A stretch of 64,000 nucleotides of DNA from NCBI GenBank assembly GCA_043821365.1, contig JBDRCX010000003.1, positions 20,175-84,174 of the forward strand, read 5' to 3'. The position numbers were made by a program, and so were the translations under genes. This DNA comes from Candidatus Micrarchaeota archaeon (GTDB lineage: Archaea > Micrarchaeota > Micrarchaeia > Anstonellales > Bilamarchaeaceae). Shown here one piece after another: positions 44,793 to 54,734 of this stretch (the first letter of the stretch is position 1; every line of letters starts with the position of its first letter). The notes beneath the pieces were generated by a model, which was not told where the DNA came from, made no database searches, and saw nothing but the letters and a program-made list of their open reading frames with translations.

Positions 44793-46172
44793 ATGAAATT
44801 AACATTTAACGGAGCAGCCCAGATGGTTACTGGATCCTGTTATCTGTTGGAAGCAGCAGGACAAAAGATACTAATTGATTGTGGTATGTTCCAAGGTACC
44901 AAAGACATAACACGATTGAATTACGAACCATTCAGATTCAATCCAAAAGAAATTTCTTATCTATTACTTACGCATGCACATATAGATCATTCAGGTCTTA
45001 TTCCAAAACTAGTCAAAGAGGGGTTTAGAGGTAAAATAATTGCAACACCACCCACGGTTGATCTTGCAAAAATTATGTTGGAAGATTCAGCTCATGTTAA
45101 TGAAGATGATACATTTTTAGAAAATAAAAGACGTCTTAGGTTGGGTCTTGCACCAAGAAATCCATTATACACTCTTGATGATGTAAATACAGCATCAAAT
45201 CTTTTCAAATCTCTTGGTTATGATAAATCTTATACAATAAATAAAACATTCCGAATGATCTTTCGAAATGCTGGACATATATTTGGATCTGCCATAATAG
45301 AACTCTGGGTTACTGAAAATAACAAAACAACAAAAATTGTGTTCTCTGGTGATCTTGGTCAATGGAATACTCCAATTGTTAGTAATCCAACTCTAATTGA
45401 AGAAGCTGATTTTGTACTTGTAGAATCAACCTATGGAGACAGAACTCATGGGGTATCTGGTATACGCGGTGATCTTCTATTGAATGTGGTTAAGGAAACA
45501 TTCAATTCCAATGGCAAATTAATGATTCCTTCTTTTGCAGTTGAAAGAACCCAAGAACTACTCTTCTATCTTCATCAGGAAATTCGTGATGGTAAATTTC
45601 CATCTCAAAAAATATTCCTCGATAGTCCTTTGGCCATAGCAGTTACTGAAATTTTCAAAAAACACTTGAGTTATGCTTCACCTGAATTAAAAAAAGAGTT
45701 TTCAAATCCATTTTCCTTCAAGCAATTACAATATCTAAAAACTGCAAAGGAATCTCGTAGGATGAATGATTATGGTCAGCCGTGTATTATAATTGCCGGA
45801 AGTGGGATGTGTACTGCCGGAAGAATAAGACATCATCTCAAACACAATCTTTGGAACTCTAAAAACACTCTTCTTTTTGTTGGTTATCAAGCAGAAGGAA
45901 CGTTAGGGCGTGTAATTCTTGACGGTGCAGAAGTTGTGAGGATGATGGGGATTGAGGTTGCAGTAGAAGCAAAAGTAAAAAAAATCGATAGTTTTTCTTC
46001 TCATGCAGATGCAACAGAACTTGTCAAGTGGGTTGGTGGTTTCAAAAACAATCCAAAAATATTTGTTGTTCATGGTGAAGTTGCATCTACCCAAGCACTT
46101 AGTACTAATCTGAAAAATAAAGGATTTAGAACTCACATTCCCAAATTTGGTAGCACAGTTGAACTCAAATAA
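44793..46172 (+). CDS. metallo-beta-lactamase / beta-CASP family ribonuclease
   Basis: THAHIDHSG, ESTYGDR, and C-terminal SSHAD/VHGE motifs. Confidence 0.8.
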   Translation: MKLTFNGAAQMVTGSCYLLEAAGQKILIDCGMFQGTKDITRLNYEPFRFNPKEISYLLLTHAHIDHSGLIPKLVKEGFRGKIIATPPTVDLAKIMLEDSAHVNEDDTFLENKRRLRLGLAPRNPLYTLDDVNTASNLFKSLGYDKSYTINKTFRMIFRNAGHIFGSAIIELWVTENNKTTKIVFSGDLGQWNTPIVSNPTLIEEADFVLVESTYGDRTHGVSGIRGDLLLNVVKETFNSNGKLMIPSFAVERTQELLFYLHQEIRDGKFPSQKIFLDSPLAIAVTEIFKKHLSYASPELKKEFSNPFSFKQLQYLKTAKESRRMNDYGQPCIIIAGSGMCTAGRIRHHLKHNLWNSKNTLLFVGYQAEGTLGRVILDGAEVVRMMGIEVAVEAKVKKIDSFSSHADATELVKWVGGFKNNPKIFVVHGEVASTQALSTNLKNKGFRTHIPKFGSTVELK

Positions 46173-46194
46173 TCCGAGTTTTGGACAAAATAAC

Positions 46195-47394
46195 CTACCT
46201 TATCAATTCCAATTCTTTTCCAATTATTGTTATTTTATCAATTGCAAATTCCAAATCTTCTTTTGAATGATCTGCAGATATCATAGTCCTTATTCTTGCC
46301 TTTCCTTTTGCAACCATCGGGAAAACAATTGGTAATGCGTAAACTCCTTCTTCCCAGAGTCTCTGACTCATTTTCGATGCTTTGCCTTCGTCATAGGTCA
46401 TCACTGGCGTAATTGGAGTTTCGCTTATTCCGGTATCAAAACCAAGTTCCTTGAGTCTTTTCTTGAACATTTTGGTGTTTCTCCAGAGTTTTTTAACAAG
46501 TTTATCGCTTTTTTCCAAAAGTTCAAGCGCAGCAATGCTTGCTGCAACTGTTGCAGGAGGGTGAGAACCAGTTAATAGCCAGGTTCTTGATTTGTTTAAT
46601 AGGTAATTTTTCATTGTTTTAGTACCTGCGATGTAGCCTCCCATAGTTCCAAATCCTTTTGAGAAAGTTCCCATGTCCATATCCACTTTTCCTTCAACTT
46701 TGAAATGGTTGACTATCCCTCTGCCATTTTCACCAAGCACTCCGTCACCATGTGCATCATCTACGTAGACACATGCGCCATATTGCTCTGTTAATTTCAC
46801 TATTTGGTCTAATGGTGCAATGTCCCCATCCATGGAGAAAACACCATCAGTAATTACTACAATTCTTTTTGGGTTTTTAGCTTGTGCTTCTTTTAATCGT
46901 GTTTCTAATTCTCCCATGTCTCTGTGTTTGAAAATCATTCTTTCTGCTTTAGTTAATCTTACACCATCAATAATTGATCCATGATTCAATTCATCAGAAA
47001 TGACAATATCTCCTTCTCTTAGTAATGCAGGTATTGCACCACTATTTGCAGTAAAACCAGAATTGTAATATAATGCATCTTCAGTATGCTTGAACTTTGC
47101 AATTGTTTCTTCTAATTTTATATGGAGATCCATGCTTCCTGCTATTGGTCTTACACTTCCTGAACCTGCACCATATTTTCTTATTGCTTCAATTGCAGCT
47201 TTTTTTAGTAATCTGTTAGTTGAAAGACCAAGATAATTATTTGAACAAAGCATCACAACATCTCTACCTGCTATTTTGGATTTTGCAGATGATGGTCCTT
47301 CTAATGTTTTTGGATTCCAAAGTAAATTTTTTTGTTCCAAGACTTCTAATTCTGCTCTTAAATCATTTTGAAGTTGTTCGTTCATAGAAAACAC
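46195..47394 (-). CDS. kbl: 2-amino-3-ketobutyrate CoA ligase (glycine C-acetyltransferase)
   Basis: Alpha-oxoamine synthase motifs (SNNYLGL, DDAHG, GTFSKGFG). Divergently paired with a threonine dehydrogenase. Confidence 0.8.
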   Translation of the reverse strand: MFSMNEQLQNDLRAELEVLEQKNLLWNPKTLEGPSSAKSKIAGRDVVMLCSNNYLGLSTNRLLKKAAIEAIRKYGAGSGSVRPIAGSMDLHIKLEETIAKFKHTEDALYYNSGFTANSGAIPALLREGDIVISDELNHGSIIDGVRLTKAERMIFKHRDMGELETRLKEAQAKNPKRIVVITDGVFSMDGDIAPLDQIVKLTEQYGACVYVDDAHGDGVLGENGRGIVNHFKVEGKVDMDMGTFSKGFGTMGGYIAGTKTMKNYLLNKSRTWLLTGSHPPATVAASIAALELLEKSDKLVKKLWRNTKMFKKRLKELGFDTGISETPITPVMTYDEGKASKMSQRLWEEGVYALPIVFPMVAKGKARIRTMISADHSKEDLEFAIDKITIIGKELELIR

Positions 47395-47540
47395 CGAGAG
47401 GAACTCTTAGATAAAATATTAAAAGCTACACCCAATTCTATATATTCTGTCCCAAATTCGTTTATAGTCGAATTTTCATGCGTCAGTTTGCATGATTTTA
47501 AATGCTTTTTGTGCTATCTCTTAACAACCGAGGCGAAACT

Positions 47541-48464
47541 ATGAAAATTTTAGTAACCGGAGCTGCAGGACAGATCGGGTCTGAGCTCTTGCCAACACTT
47601 AGTAAAAAATATGGTGAGGATAATGTCATTTCGCTTGATCTAAGACCATTAGATAGCAAACATCATGAAGTTGGAGATGCTACTGATAAATCATTTTTAG
47701 AATCTATTATCAAAAAATACAGCATAACAGAGATCTACCACCTAGTTGGTATATTATCTGCAAAAGGCGAACAAAACCCAGATCTTGCCTACAATGTAAA
47801 TATGAATTCACTAAAAAACATTTTAGATATTGCAAAAGAATTGAAGATGAAAATATTCTGGCCAAGTTCTATTGCTGCATTTGGACCCACCACTCCAAAG
47901 GATAATACTCCTCAAAGGACAGTGCTTGAACCTGGTACTATGTATGGTATCACAAAAGTTGCAGGCGAACTTTTAGCAAGTTATTATTTTCACAAATATG
48001 GAGTTGATGTAAGAAGCCTTCGTTATCCCGGAGTAATTGGGTGGAAAGCACCACCTGGGGGCGGAACAACTGATTATGCGGTGAATATTTTCCACGAAGC
48101 ATTAAAAGAAAAGAAATTTTCTTGTTTTTTAAAACCAGGAACCTACTTGCCAATGATGCATATAGAAGATGCTGTGCGTGCTACCATTGAACTTATGGGA
48201 GCAGATGGTTCTAAACTTTCTGTTAGGACAAGTTATAATATTTCTGCAATAAGCTTTTCTCCTGATGAGGTTGCTGCAGAGATCAAAAAACACATTCCAG
48301 AATTTGAAATTACCTATGCTCCTGATTTCAGACAACAAATAGCAGAATCATGGCCAAATTCAATTGATGATTCTTCAGCAAGAAAAGATTGGAACTGGAA
48401 GCATCATTATGATCTTCCGAAATTAGTTGAAAACATGATAACTAATTTGAAAGGTCATAGGTAG
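47541..48464 (+). CDS. tdh: L-threonine 3-dehydrogenase of the NAD-dependent epimerase (extended SDR) type
   Basis: MKILVTGAAGQIGSEL, YGITK catalytic motif, adjacency to kbl. The ATG at 47541 is preceded by GAGGCGA. Confidence 0.75.
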   Translation: MKILVTGAAGQIGSELLPTLSKKYGEDNVISLDLRPLDSKHHEVGDATDKSFLESIIKKYSITEIYHLVGILSAKGEQNPDLAYNVNMNSLKNILDIAKELKMKIFWPSSIAAFGPTTPKDNTPQRTVLEPGTMYGITKVAGELLASYYFHKYGVDVRSLRYPGVIGWKAPPGGGTTDYAVNIFHEALKEKKFSCFLKPGTYLPMMHIEDAVRATIELMGADGSKLSVRTSYNISAISFSPDEVAAEIKKHIPEFEITYAPDFRQQIAESWPNSIDDSSARKDWNWKHHYDLPKLVENMITNLKGHR

Positions 48465-48885
48465 TTTGTGTTGTTCTTCCACCTTTTTTCTCAATTCCAT
48501 CATACCAGAAATCATATCTTATTGTTATGTGTAATTTTCCGCCAGCTAATGAATTGGAAGAAACCTCATAACAAAGATTCATGGTTTTCTGAGCTCCAGG
48601 TGCCAACTGTTCACCAACAAGTCCTCTATAACAATTGGAGTTTATTGGCATGACTCTATTTAGTTGGGTACCATTTGCCAATACGATGCTTGCACTTGAA
48701 AGAAAGACATTCGTATTCTGTTCACCAGTATTCATAACATCTAATGGAATAGTTGTCATCTGACCGTTATCTGTCATAGTACTCAAACTCATCTGTATCT
48801 TATCATTTTGATTAAAAACTCCACAACATCCAAAAAGTAATACTCCCAGAATAAGAATTGCGAATTTTTTGAGTAACATAATCAT
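48442..48885 (-). CDS. small lipobox-type secreted protein
   Basis: Signal ending LLFGCCG; beta-rich body; no catalytic motif. Confidence 0.45.
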   Translation of the reverse strand: MIMLLKKFAILILGVLLFGCCGVFNQNDKIQMSLSTMTDNGQMTTIPLDVMNTGEQNTNVFLSSASIVLANGTQLNRVMPINSNCYRGLVGEQLAPGAQKTMNLCYEVSSNSLAGGKLHITIRYDFWYDGIEKKGGRTTQTTYDLSN

Positions 48886-48918
48886 TATCTTTCAGGAAAA
48901 TTTATATCTTTGTCTGAT

Positions 48919-49941
48919 TTATGCTTTTCTTATCATATTCTCGTATTTTGAGTCTTTTCTTTTCAAAAGAACAATGTGAGATTGCTGGTCTTCATCAATT
49001 ATTTCATATTTAGCTAAATGTTCAATAAGTTTTTCACTCCAAGCACGCACATACTCTGGATATGCCATAAAAGGGACTCCCAGTCGTTTTCTTGAAAAAC
49101 CAAGTGCCATGTAGGATTTTACTTCAACAAAATCAACCTTTGATTTTTCAATTAATTCAGCATATTCTGGGAGGTTTTTATCCTCGTCATTAAGGGTTTT
49201 TATTAATGTAAGTCTAATTACTCTTCTACAAGGTAATTTTGAAACCAGTTTAAGTGTTTTGTTTAATCTTTCCCATCCATCTTTGTAGACACTCCTATTT
49301 ATTTCTTTGAATTTTTTTTCATTAGATGCTGCCAATGAAATGTATAATTGGGTTGGAAGTGCGTTTTTCTTTTTTAATTCTAATATTCTGTCAGGTTCTT
49401 GTCCATTTGTTACTATGAAAATACTTTTCACTTCTTTATTTTCTCTTAGTTGTTTTACCATCTCTGCTAGTTTTGGATAGATTGTTGGTTCCCCGCTTAA
49501 TGAAATTGCCCAATGGGATGGAAATCTTTTGAACCCTTCATCAAATTTCTGTCTATCTGCTCCATCTGCTCCTCCAATACCAGATAATAATCGTTTTCTT
49601 TGTTTTACTGTCTCAGCTATAATTAGGTCTGGCTCATCAACTTCAGTTTCACTAAATTTTGTTTTCTTCATCCATTCCATTGGTCTCCAGCAGAATGTGC
49701 ATGCTTCATTACACCAGGCTAATACAGGAGACATTTGTGCACATCTATGACAGTCAATTCCATAGAATTTTACTTTATAGCATCCCCTATGGCCTTTTAT
49801 TGATTTTTTATTCCATAAACAGATTTGAACTCCGCTGTGGTTGCCAACTATACCATAGTTTTTTTCATATTTCTTTCTAACAGCTTCGTTAAATGTAATT
49901 TTACCTTTAGAATAATTATCTTCTATTCTTTTTTCTTTCAT
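48919..49941 (-). CDS. taw1: radical SAM tRNA 4-demethylwyosine synthase (Taw1/TYW1 family)
   Basis: CNEACTFCWRP radical-SAM cluster plus an upstream Cys cluster (CYKVKFYGIDCHRCAQ). ATGA overlap with the lpd stop. Confidence 0.75.
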   Translation of the reverse strand: MKEKRIEDNYSKGKITFNEAVRKKYEKNYGIVGNHSGVQICLWNKKSIKGHRGCYKVKFYGIDCHRCAQMSPVLAWCNEACTFCWRPMEWMKKTKFSETEVDEPDLIIAETVKQRKRLLSGIGGADGADRQKFDEGFKRFPSHWAISLSGEPTIYPKLAEMVKQLRENKEVKSIFIVTNGQEPDRILELKKKNALPTQLYISLAASNEKKFKEINRSVYKDGWERLNKTLKLVSKLPCRRVIRLTLIKTLNDEDKNLPEYAELIEKSKVDFVEVKSYMALGFSRKRLGVPFMAYPEYVRAWSEKLIEHLAKYEIIDEDQQSHIVLLKRKDSKYENMIRKA

Positions 49942-51326
49942 CGTTTCCCTTTGTATAAATGAATTGCTTTGTCTAATCCATCTTCTGCAGCTTCAGCTAA
50001 AGATTCTGACATAGTGGGATGAGTATGTATTGTTATGGCCAAATCCTCTAAGGTTGCACCCATTTCAATTGCAAGTGCAGCCTCAGCTATTATCCCTTCA
50101 GCACCAACTCCAATCACATGAACTCCCTGTACAATTTTGTTTGTGTCTGCTACAATTTTTACAAAGCCTTCTGTTTTACCAATTGCCTTTGCTCTGCCTG
50201 ATGATGTTAATGGCATTTTTCCTATTTTTGGATTTTCAACTTCATTTTCTTTCAATCCAACTGTTGCTATCTCTGGTTCAGAAAAAACTACAGATGGGAT
50301 TACAATATTATCATAAGCACTTTTTAGGCCTGCAATGACTTCTGCAGCAACTTTTCCTTGCCTAAATGCTTTGTGTGCTAATTGCGGTCCAGTAACAACA
50401 TCCCCAATTGCAAATATTTTTTCATCTGTTGTTTTCATTTTATTATCAACAATGATAAGATTATTTCCAACCTTTACTTTTGTTTTATCTAGTCTTAATT
50501 CACTATAATCTGGGACTCTCCCCACTGTAATAAGAAGTTTGTCAAACTCTATCTGTTTTTCTTCTTTCAGAGTTTTTACTAGTGCCACATTTCCTTCAAC
50601 CTTTTCTATATTGCTTTCAAAAATAATTTCACAACCAATCTCTTTCATTTTTTTAGTTAGAACATCACTTATTTCATGATCCATATTTTTCAGAAGTCTT
50701 GTTCCTCTGTAAACAACAGTTACTTTAGAACCTAATTTTGCAAATAAACATGCCATTTCAACTGCAATGTACCCTCCACCAACTACAATTAGGTTTTTTG
50801 GCAATTCTTTCAATGAAAAAATATCATCAGAATTTAGTATTTTTTTATGATCAACTTTCAAATTAGGTAATTCCTTTGTTTTTGTTCCAGTTGCAATTAT
50901 AGCATTTTTGAATTCAATTTCCCTTAAACCTGATTCTGTTTGAACTGAAAGCTTATCTGATGATTCAAAAAATGCATTCCCCTTTATTATTTCAATTCCG
51001 TTGAGCTTACAGAGTTTTTCTATTCCTTCTCTTAATCTAGCTACTTTTTCATCTTTCCAATTTTGCATTTTTTCAAAGTTTAGAGTTAGGTTACTTATAA
51101 TGCCCATTAGTTCAGCTTTTTCTGCCTCATACTTTACATTTGAAGCATGTATCAATGCTTTTGATGGGATGCACCCAACATTTGTACAGCAGCCACCAAC
51201 CTTATTTTTTTCAATTAGTACAACTTCAAGTCCAAGCTGGGCTGCCCTTATGGCTGCCGTATACCCACCTGGACCTGCACCAATAACTGCGAGATCCACG
51301 CGTGTTGTTAATTCTCCCATAACCAT
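49938..51326 (-). CDS. lpdA: dihydrolipoyl dehydrogenase (E3)
   Basis: GAGPGGY, redox-active GGCCTNVGCIPSK, C-terminal HTHPTMSE. Confidence 0.9.
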   Translation of the reverse strand: MVMGELTTRVDLAVIGAGPGGYTAAIRAAQLGLEVVLIEKNKVGGCCTNVGCIPSKALIHASNVKYEAEKAELMGIISNLTLNFEKMQNWKDEKVARLREGIEKLCKLNGIEIIKGNAFFESSDKLSVQTESGLREIEFKNAIIATGTKTKELPNLKVDHKKILNSDDIFSLKELPKNLIVVGGGYIAVEMACLFAKLGSKVTVVYRGTRLLKNMDHEISDVLTKKMKEIGCEIIFESNIEKVEGNVALVKTLKEEKQIEFDKLLITVGRVPDYSELRLDKTKVKVGNNLIIVDNKMKTTDEKIFAIGDVVTGPQLAHKAFRQGKVAAEVIAGLKSAYDNIVIPSVVFSEPEIATVGLKENEVENPKIGKMPLTSSGRAKAIGKTEGFVKIVADTNKIVQGVHVIGVGAEGIIAEAALAIEMGATLEDLAITIHTHPTMSESLAEAAEDGLDKAIHLYKGKR

Positions 51327-51400
51327 TTTTGTTCACCTGCACTTTTTTGGAAAAAAAGCGCCCAAAAAACTTTTGTTTAACTTGAAGTATTGAGTCCTTT

Positions 51401-52576
51401 TCATATCATATCTACTAACATCAGATCAGGATCTTCAAGATGCTTCATAACTTCATTCATAAACTCTGTTGCTTTTGCCCCATCATTTACCCTATGATCA
51501 AAACATAATGAAATCCCCATAACTTTTCTTGCTTTTATCTTTTCTTTTATCACTAATGGCATGTCTTTTATTCTATGAACTCCCATGATTGCAACTTCAG
51601 GCGGATTGATTATTGGTGTTGAATACATGCCACCAACACTACCAACATTTGTTATGGTAAAAGTTCCACCTTTTATTTCTTCTAATTTTATTTTTCTTTC
51701 TCTTGCAGCTACTGCCAAATGCTCTATCTCTTGTGCAATTTCCACTATTGATTTTTTGTCTATATTCTTGATTACTGGAACCATTAGTCCATCTGGAGTT
51801 TCAACTGCAATTCCAATGTTAAGTTGCTTTTTTACTATTATTTTTTCATTATCAAAATGTGCATTGAACTCAGGAAATTTGTGGAGTGCTATCCCACATG
51901 CCTTTACAATAAAAGGCAAATAGGTTAATTTTACTCCTCTTGCTTCAATTACTTTTTTTTCTTTTTCCCTTAATTCAGTTAATTTTGTTACATCAACATA
52001 GTCCATTCCACATGCATGTGGTATGTGTGTTTTTGAATAAAGCATTCTTTCAGATATGACTTTTCTCATATGACTTAATTCGATTATTATATCTCCTTCT
52101 TCAGTTTTTAGTTCTGGAGTTTTTTCAATTACTTTTGGTACACTGGTTGGTCCATTTCTTACATCATCTTCGGTTATTCTTCCTGCTGTTCCTGTTCCAT
52201 GTATTTCGCTAAGATTGACTCCAAGTTCTCTTGCTAGTTTTCTTACTGATGGAGTTGCCAGAGCATGTTCAGCATGTGTTTCTGTAATTGGTTGGGTTTC
52301 AGTTCTAATTATCTCTTCTTTAAGCTCGATCTTCTCTCCTTGTTCCCCAACAACTACTAAAACCTGACCAACTTTTATTCCATCTCCTTCTTTGAAATTT
52401 AATTTTAGTATTGTTCCAGTAAATGGTGATGGTAACTCAACCACTGCTTTGTCAGTTTCGACCTCGGCTAGAATTTGATCTGCTTTAACAGAATCCCCTT
52501 CCTTTACTCTCCATTTTACCAATACACCTTCATGTATTCCTTCGCCAACATCAGGAAATCTAAATTCAGATGCCAT
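51401..52576 (-). CDS. dihydrolipoamide acyltransferase (E2) of a 2-oxoacid dehydrogenase complex
   Basis: Lipoyl domain (EVETDKAVVELPSP), subunit-binding domain (ATPSVRKLARELGV), catalytic DHRVNDGA. Confidence 0.9.
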   Translation of the reverse strand: MASEFRFPDVGEGIHEGVLVKWRVKEGDSVKADQILAEVETDKAVVELPSPFTGTILKLNFKEGDGIKVGQVLVVVGEQGEKIELKEEIIRTETQPITETHAEHALATPSVRKLARELGVNLSEIHGTGTAGRITEDDVRNGPTSVPKVIEKTPELKTEEGDIIIELSHMRKVISERMLYSKTHIPHACGMDYVDVTKLTELREKEKKVIEARGVKLTYLPFIVKACGIALHKFPEFNAHFDNEKIIVKKQLNIGIAVETPDGLMVPVIKNIDKKSIVEIAQEIEHLAVAARERKIKLEEIKGGTFTITNVGSVGGMYSTPIINPPEVAIMGVHRIKDMPLVIKEKIKARKVMGISLCFDHRVNDGAKATEFMNEVMKHLEDPDLMLVDMI

Positions 52577-52586
52577 AATAACAACC

Positions 52587-53570
52587 TTAAAATTTGACAG
52601 TTTCTAAAATTCCTTTTATTATTCTTTTTTTATCAGGAAAATAATAGTCCTCTTGTTTTGGGTATGGTATTTGTATATCCCAACCAGTTACTCTTTTTAT
52701 TGGTGCTTCTAAACTTAGAAAAGAATTTTCCATAATTCTTGTTGCTATCTCAGCTCCAAAACCCATTGTCTTACTTGCTTCATGGACAATTATCGCTCTT
52801 CCTGTTTTTTTCACTGATTTTGTTATTGTTTCCCAATCGCATGGTGCAAGTGTTCTGAGGTCAACATGTTCTACTGAAATTCCTTGTTTTTCAATTTCTT
52901 CAACTGCATCTTTGCTAACAAAAGTCATTGCTCCCCATGATATTAATGTTATATCTTTTCCTTCTTTGATTATATTTGCTTTACCGATTTCAATGGAATA
53001 TTCCTCTTCTGGTACTTCTTCTTTGAATGCTCGGTAAAGTCTTTTTGGTTCGAAAAATAATACTGTGTCTTCATCTTTGAGTGCAGATGCAAGAAGTCCT
53101 TTTGCATCATATGGTGATGATGGATAAACTACTTTCAAACCAGGTATGTGTAAGTAGATAGCCTCCAAACTTTCTCCATGGTGTTCTAGTGCCCTTATTC
53201 CTCCACTACATGGCAATCGTATTGTCATTGGTACAGTAATCTGCCCTCTAGTTCGATTTCTTAATCTTGCTGCATGTTGGACAATCTGGTGATATGCATT
53301 ATATTCAAAACCTTGAAATTGGATTTCAGGAACTGGTCTAAGTCCCATTGCAGCCATACCTATTGCAACTCCTATAATTCCTGATTCTGATAGTGGAGTA
53401 TCAATTACTCTTTCTCTACCAAATTTAGTGTAAAGTCCGTCTGTTACTCTAAAAACTCCCCCATCAACTCCAACATCTTCCCCGAGTACAACTATGTTTT
53501 TGTCTCTTTCCATCTCTTGCTTTAAGCACATGTTAATAGCGTCAACCATATTCATTTTCATTGGAAACAC
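52587..53570 (-). CDS. 2-oxoacid dehydrogenase E1 component beta subunit
   Basis: Typical E1-beta sequence (VLGEDVGVDGGVFRVT, DTPLSESGI...). Confidence 0.9.
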   Translation of the reverse strand: MFPMKMNMVDAINMCLKQEMERDKNIVVLGEDVGVDGGVFRVTDGLYTKFGRERVIDTPLSESGIIGVAIGMAAMGLRPVPEIQFQGFEYNAYHQIVQHAARLRNRTRGQITVPMTIRLPCSGGIRALEHHGESLEAIYLHIPGLKVVYPSSPYDAKGLLASALKDEDTVLFFEPKRLYRAFKEEVPEEEYSIEIGKANIIKEGKDITLISWGAMTFVSKDAVEEIEKQGISVEHVDLRTLAPCDWETITKSVKKTGRAIIVHEASKTMGFGAEIATRIMENSFLSLEAPIKRVTGWDIQIPYPKQEDYYFPDKKRIIKGILETVKF

Positions 53571-54616
53571 TCCCCCATTTGCTCTTGCAAGTCTTTAGTC
53601 ATTTTTGAATATAAAAATTTGAACATGTCCTTTGGATCCTGTTTGAATGATTCTGCTTTTACAACTGCATCCTCAACTATTTTTACTGCCCAATCACCAA
53701 CTTCTTTTTCATGTTGTTCATTCCACAATCCTTTTTTGTTCATGTAAAGTTTTAGTCTTTTGATTGGGTCTCTGTCTCTCCAATATGCTAGGTCAGTTTC
53801 TGGCCTATACTTTTTTGGATCATCTGCTGTTGTGTGCGCTCCCATTCTGTACGTTATTGCTTCAATTAAAATCGGACCTTTTCCGTTTTTTGCATTTTCA
53901 ATTGATTCTTTCACTGTTTTGTAAACAGAAACAACATCATTACCATCTATTTGGATTCCTTTGAAACCATAAGCAAGTGCTTTTTGGGCAATAGTTTCTG
54001 ATTTAGTTTGCCATTTTCTTGGAACTGATATTGCCCATTGATTATTTGATATTAGAAAAACACAAGGTGCATTTAGTACGCCTGCAAAGTTTAATGCATC
54101 GTGGAAATCCCCTTCACTTGTTGATCCGTCTCCACCGCATACAACTACTGCTGCTTTTTCACCTTTCATTTTTAGTGCATGCGCAGCACCAACTGCGTGA
54201 GTGTACTGTGTTCCTATTGGTATGGCATGCGGAAATGATTTTACATTTTTATCTAATTTTAAACCATCTTCAATTCCCATCCAACCAATGTTTATTGTTT
54301 CCAACGGTACTCCTCGTATGTAATAGCCAAAACTTTCTCTATAAGTTGGAAAAAACCAATCATCCTTTTCCATTGCAAGTGTAATTCCAACTGAAATTGC
54401 TTCCTGGCCTTCAAGTGGAGGGTAAGTGTACATTCTTCCGGTTCTTTGCAATGCTATACATTTTTTATCCCATATTCTAGCAAGATACATTAATCGATAC
54501 ATTTTGTCTAATAATTCGTTTGATAGTTTAGGATCAAGACTTTCATCACTATTACCTTCTTTATCTATAATTTGTAAGTAGTCGACACTACCTTCAAATA
54601 CTTTTTGAATAGACAT
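53558..54616 (-). CDS. 2-oxoacid dehydrogenase E1 component alpha subunit (TPP-binding)
   Basis: TPP motif CGGDGSTSEGDFHDALNFAGVLNAPCVFLISNNQWAIS. Confidence 0.9.
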   Translation of the reverse strand: MSIQKVFEGSVDYLQIIDKEGNSDESLDPKLSNELLDKMYRLMYLARIWDKKCIALQRTGRMYTYPPLEGQEAISVGITLAMEKDDWFFPTYRESFGYYIRGVPLETINIGWMGIEDGLKLDKNVKSFPHAIPIGTQYTHAVGAAHALKMKGEKAAVVVCGGDGSTSEGDFHDALNFAGVLNAPCVFLISNNQWAISVPRKWQTKSETIAQKALAYGFKGIQIDGNDVVSVYKTVKESIENAKNGKGPILIEAITYRMGAHTTADDPKKYRPETDLAYWRDRDPIKRLKLYMNKKGLWNEQHEKEVGDWAVKIVEDAVVKAESFKQDPKDMFKFLYSKMTKDLQEQMGECFQ

Positions 54617-54734
54617 AGTAAACTAACAGAAGTAAATTTAATAAAGGAATTTTTATGTGGCTTGTTTGGTTTTTATAAATAAAAAATGGGACAATTGAAT
54701 TTTGTTCAATGGTCCAACATTTTATCAGAATAAA

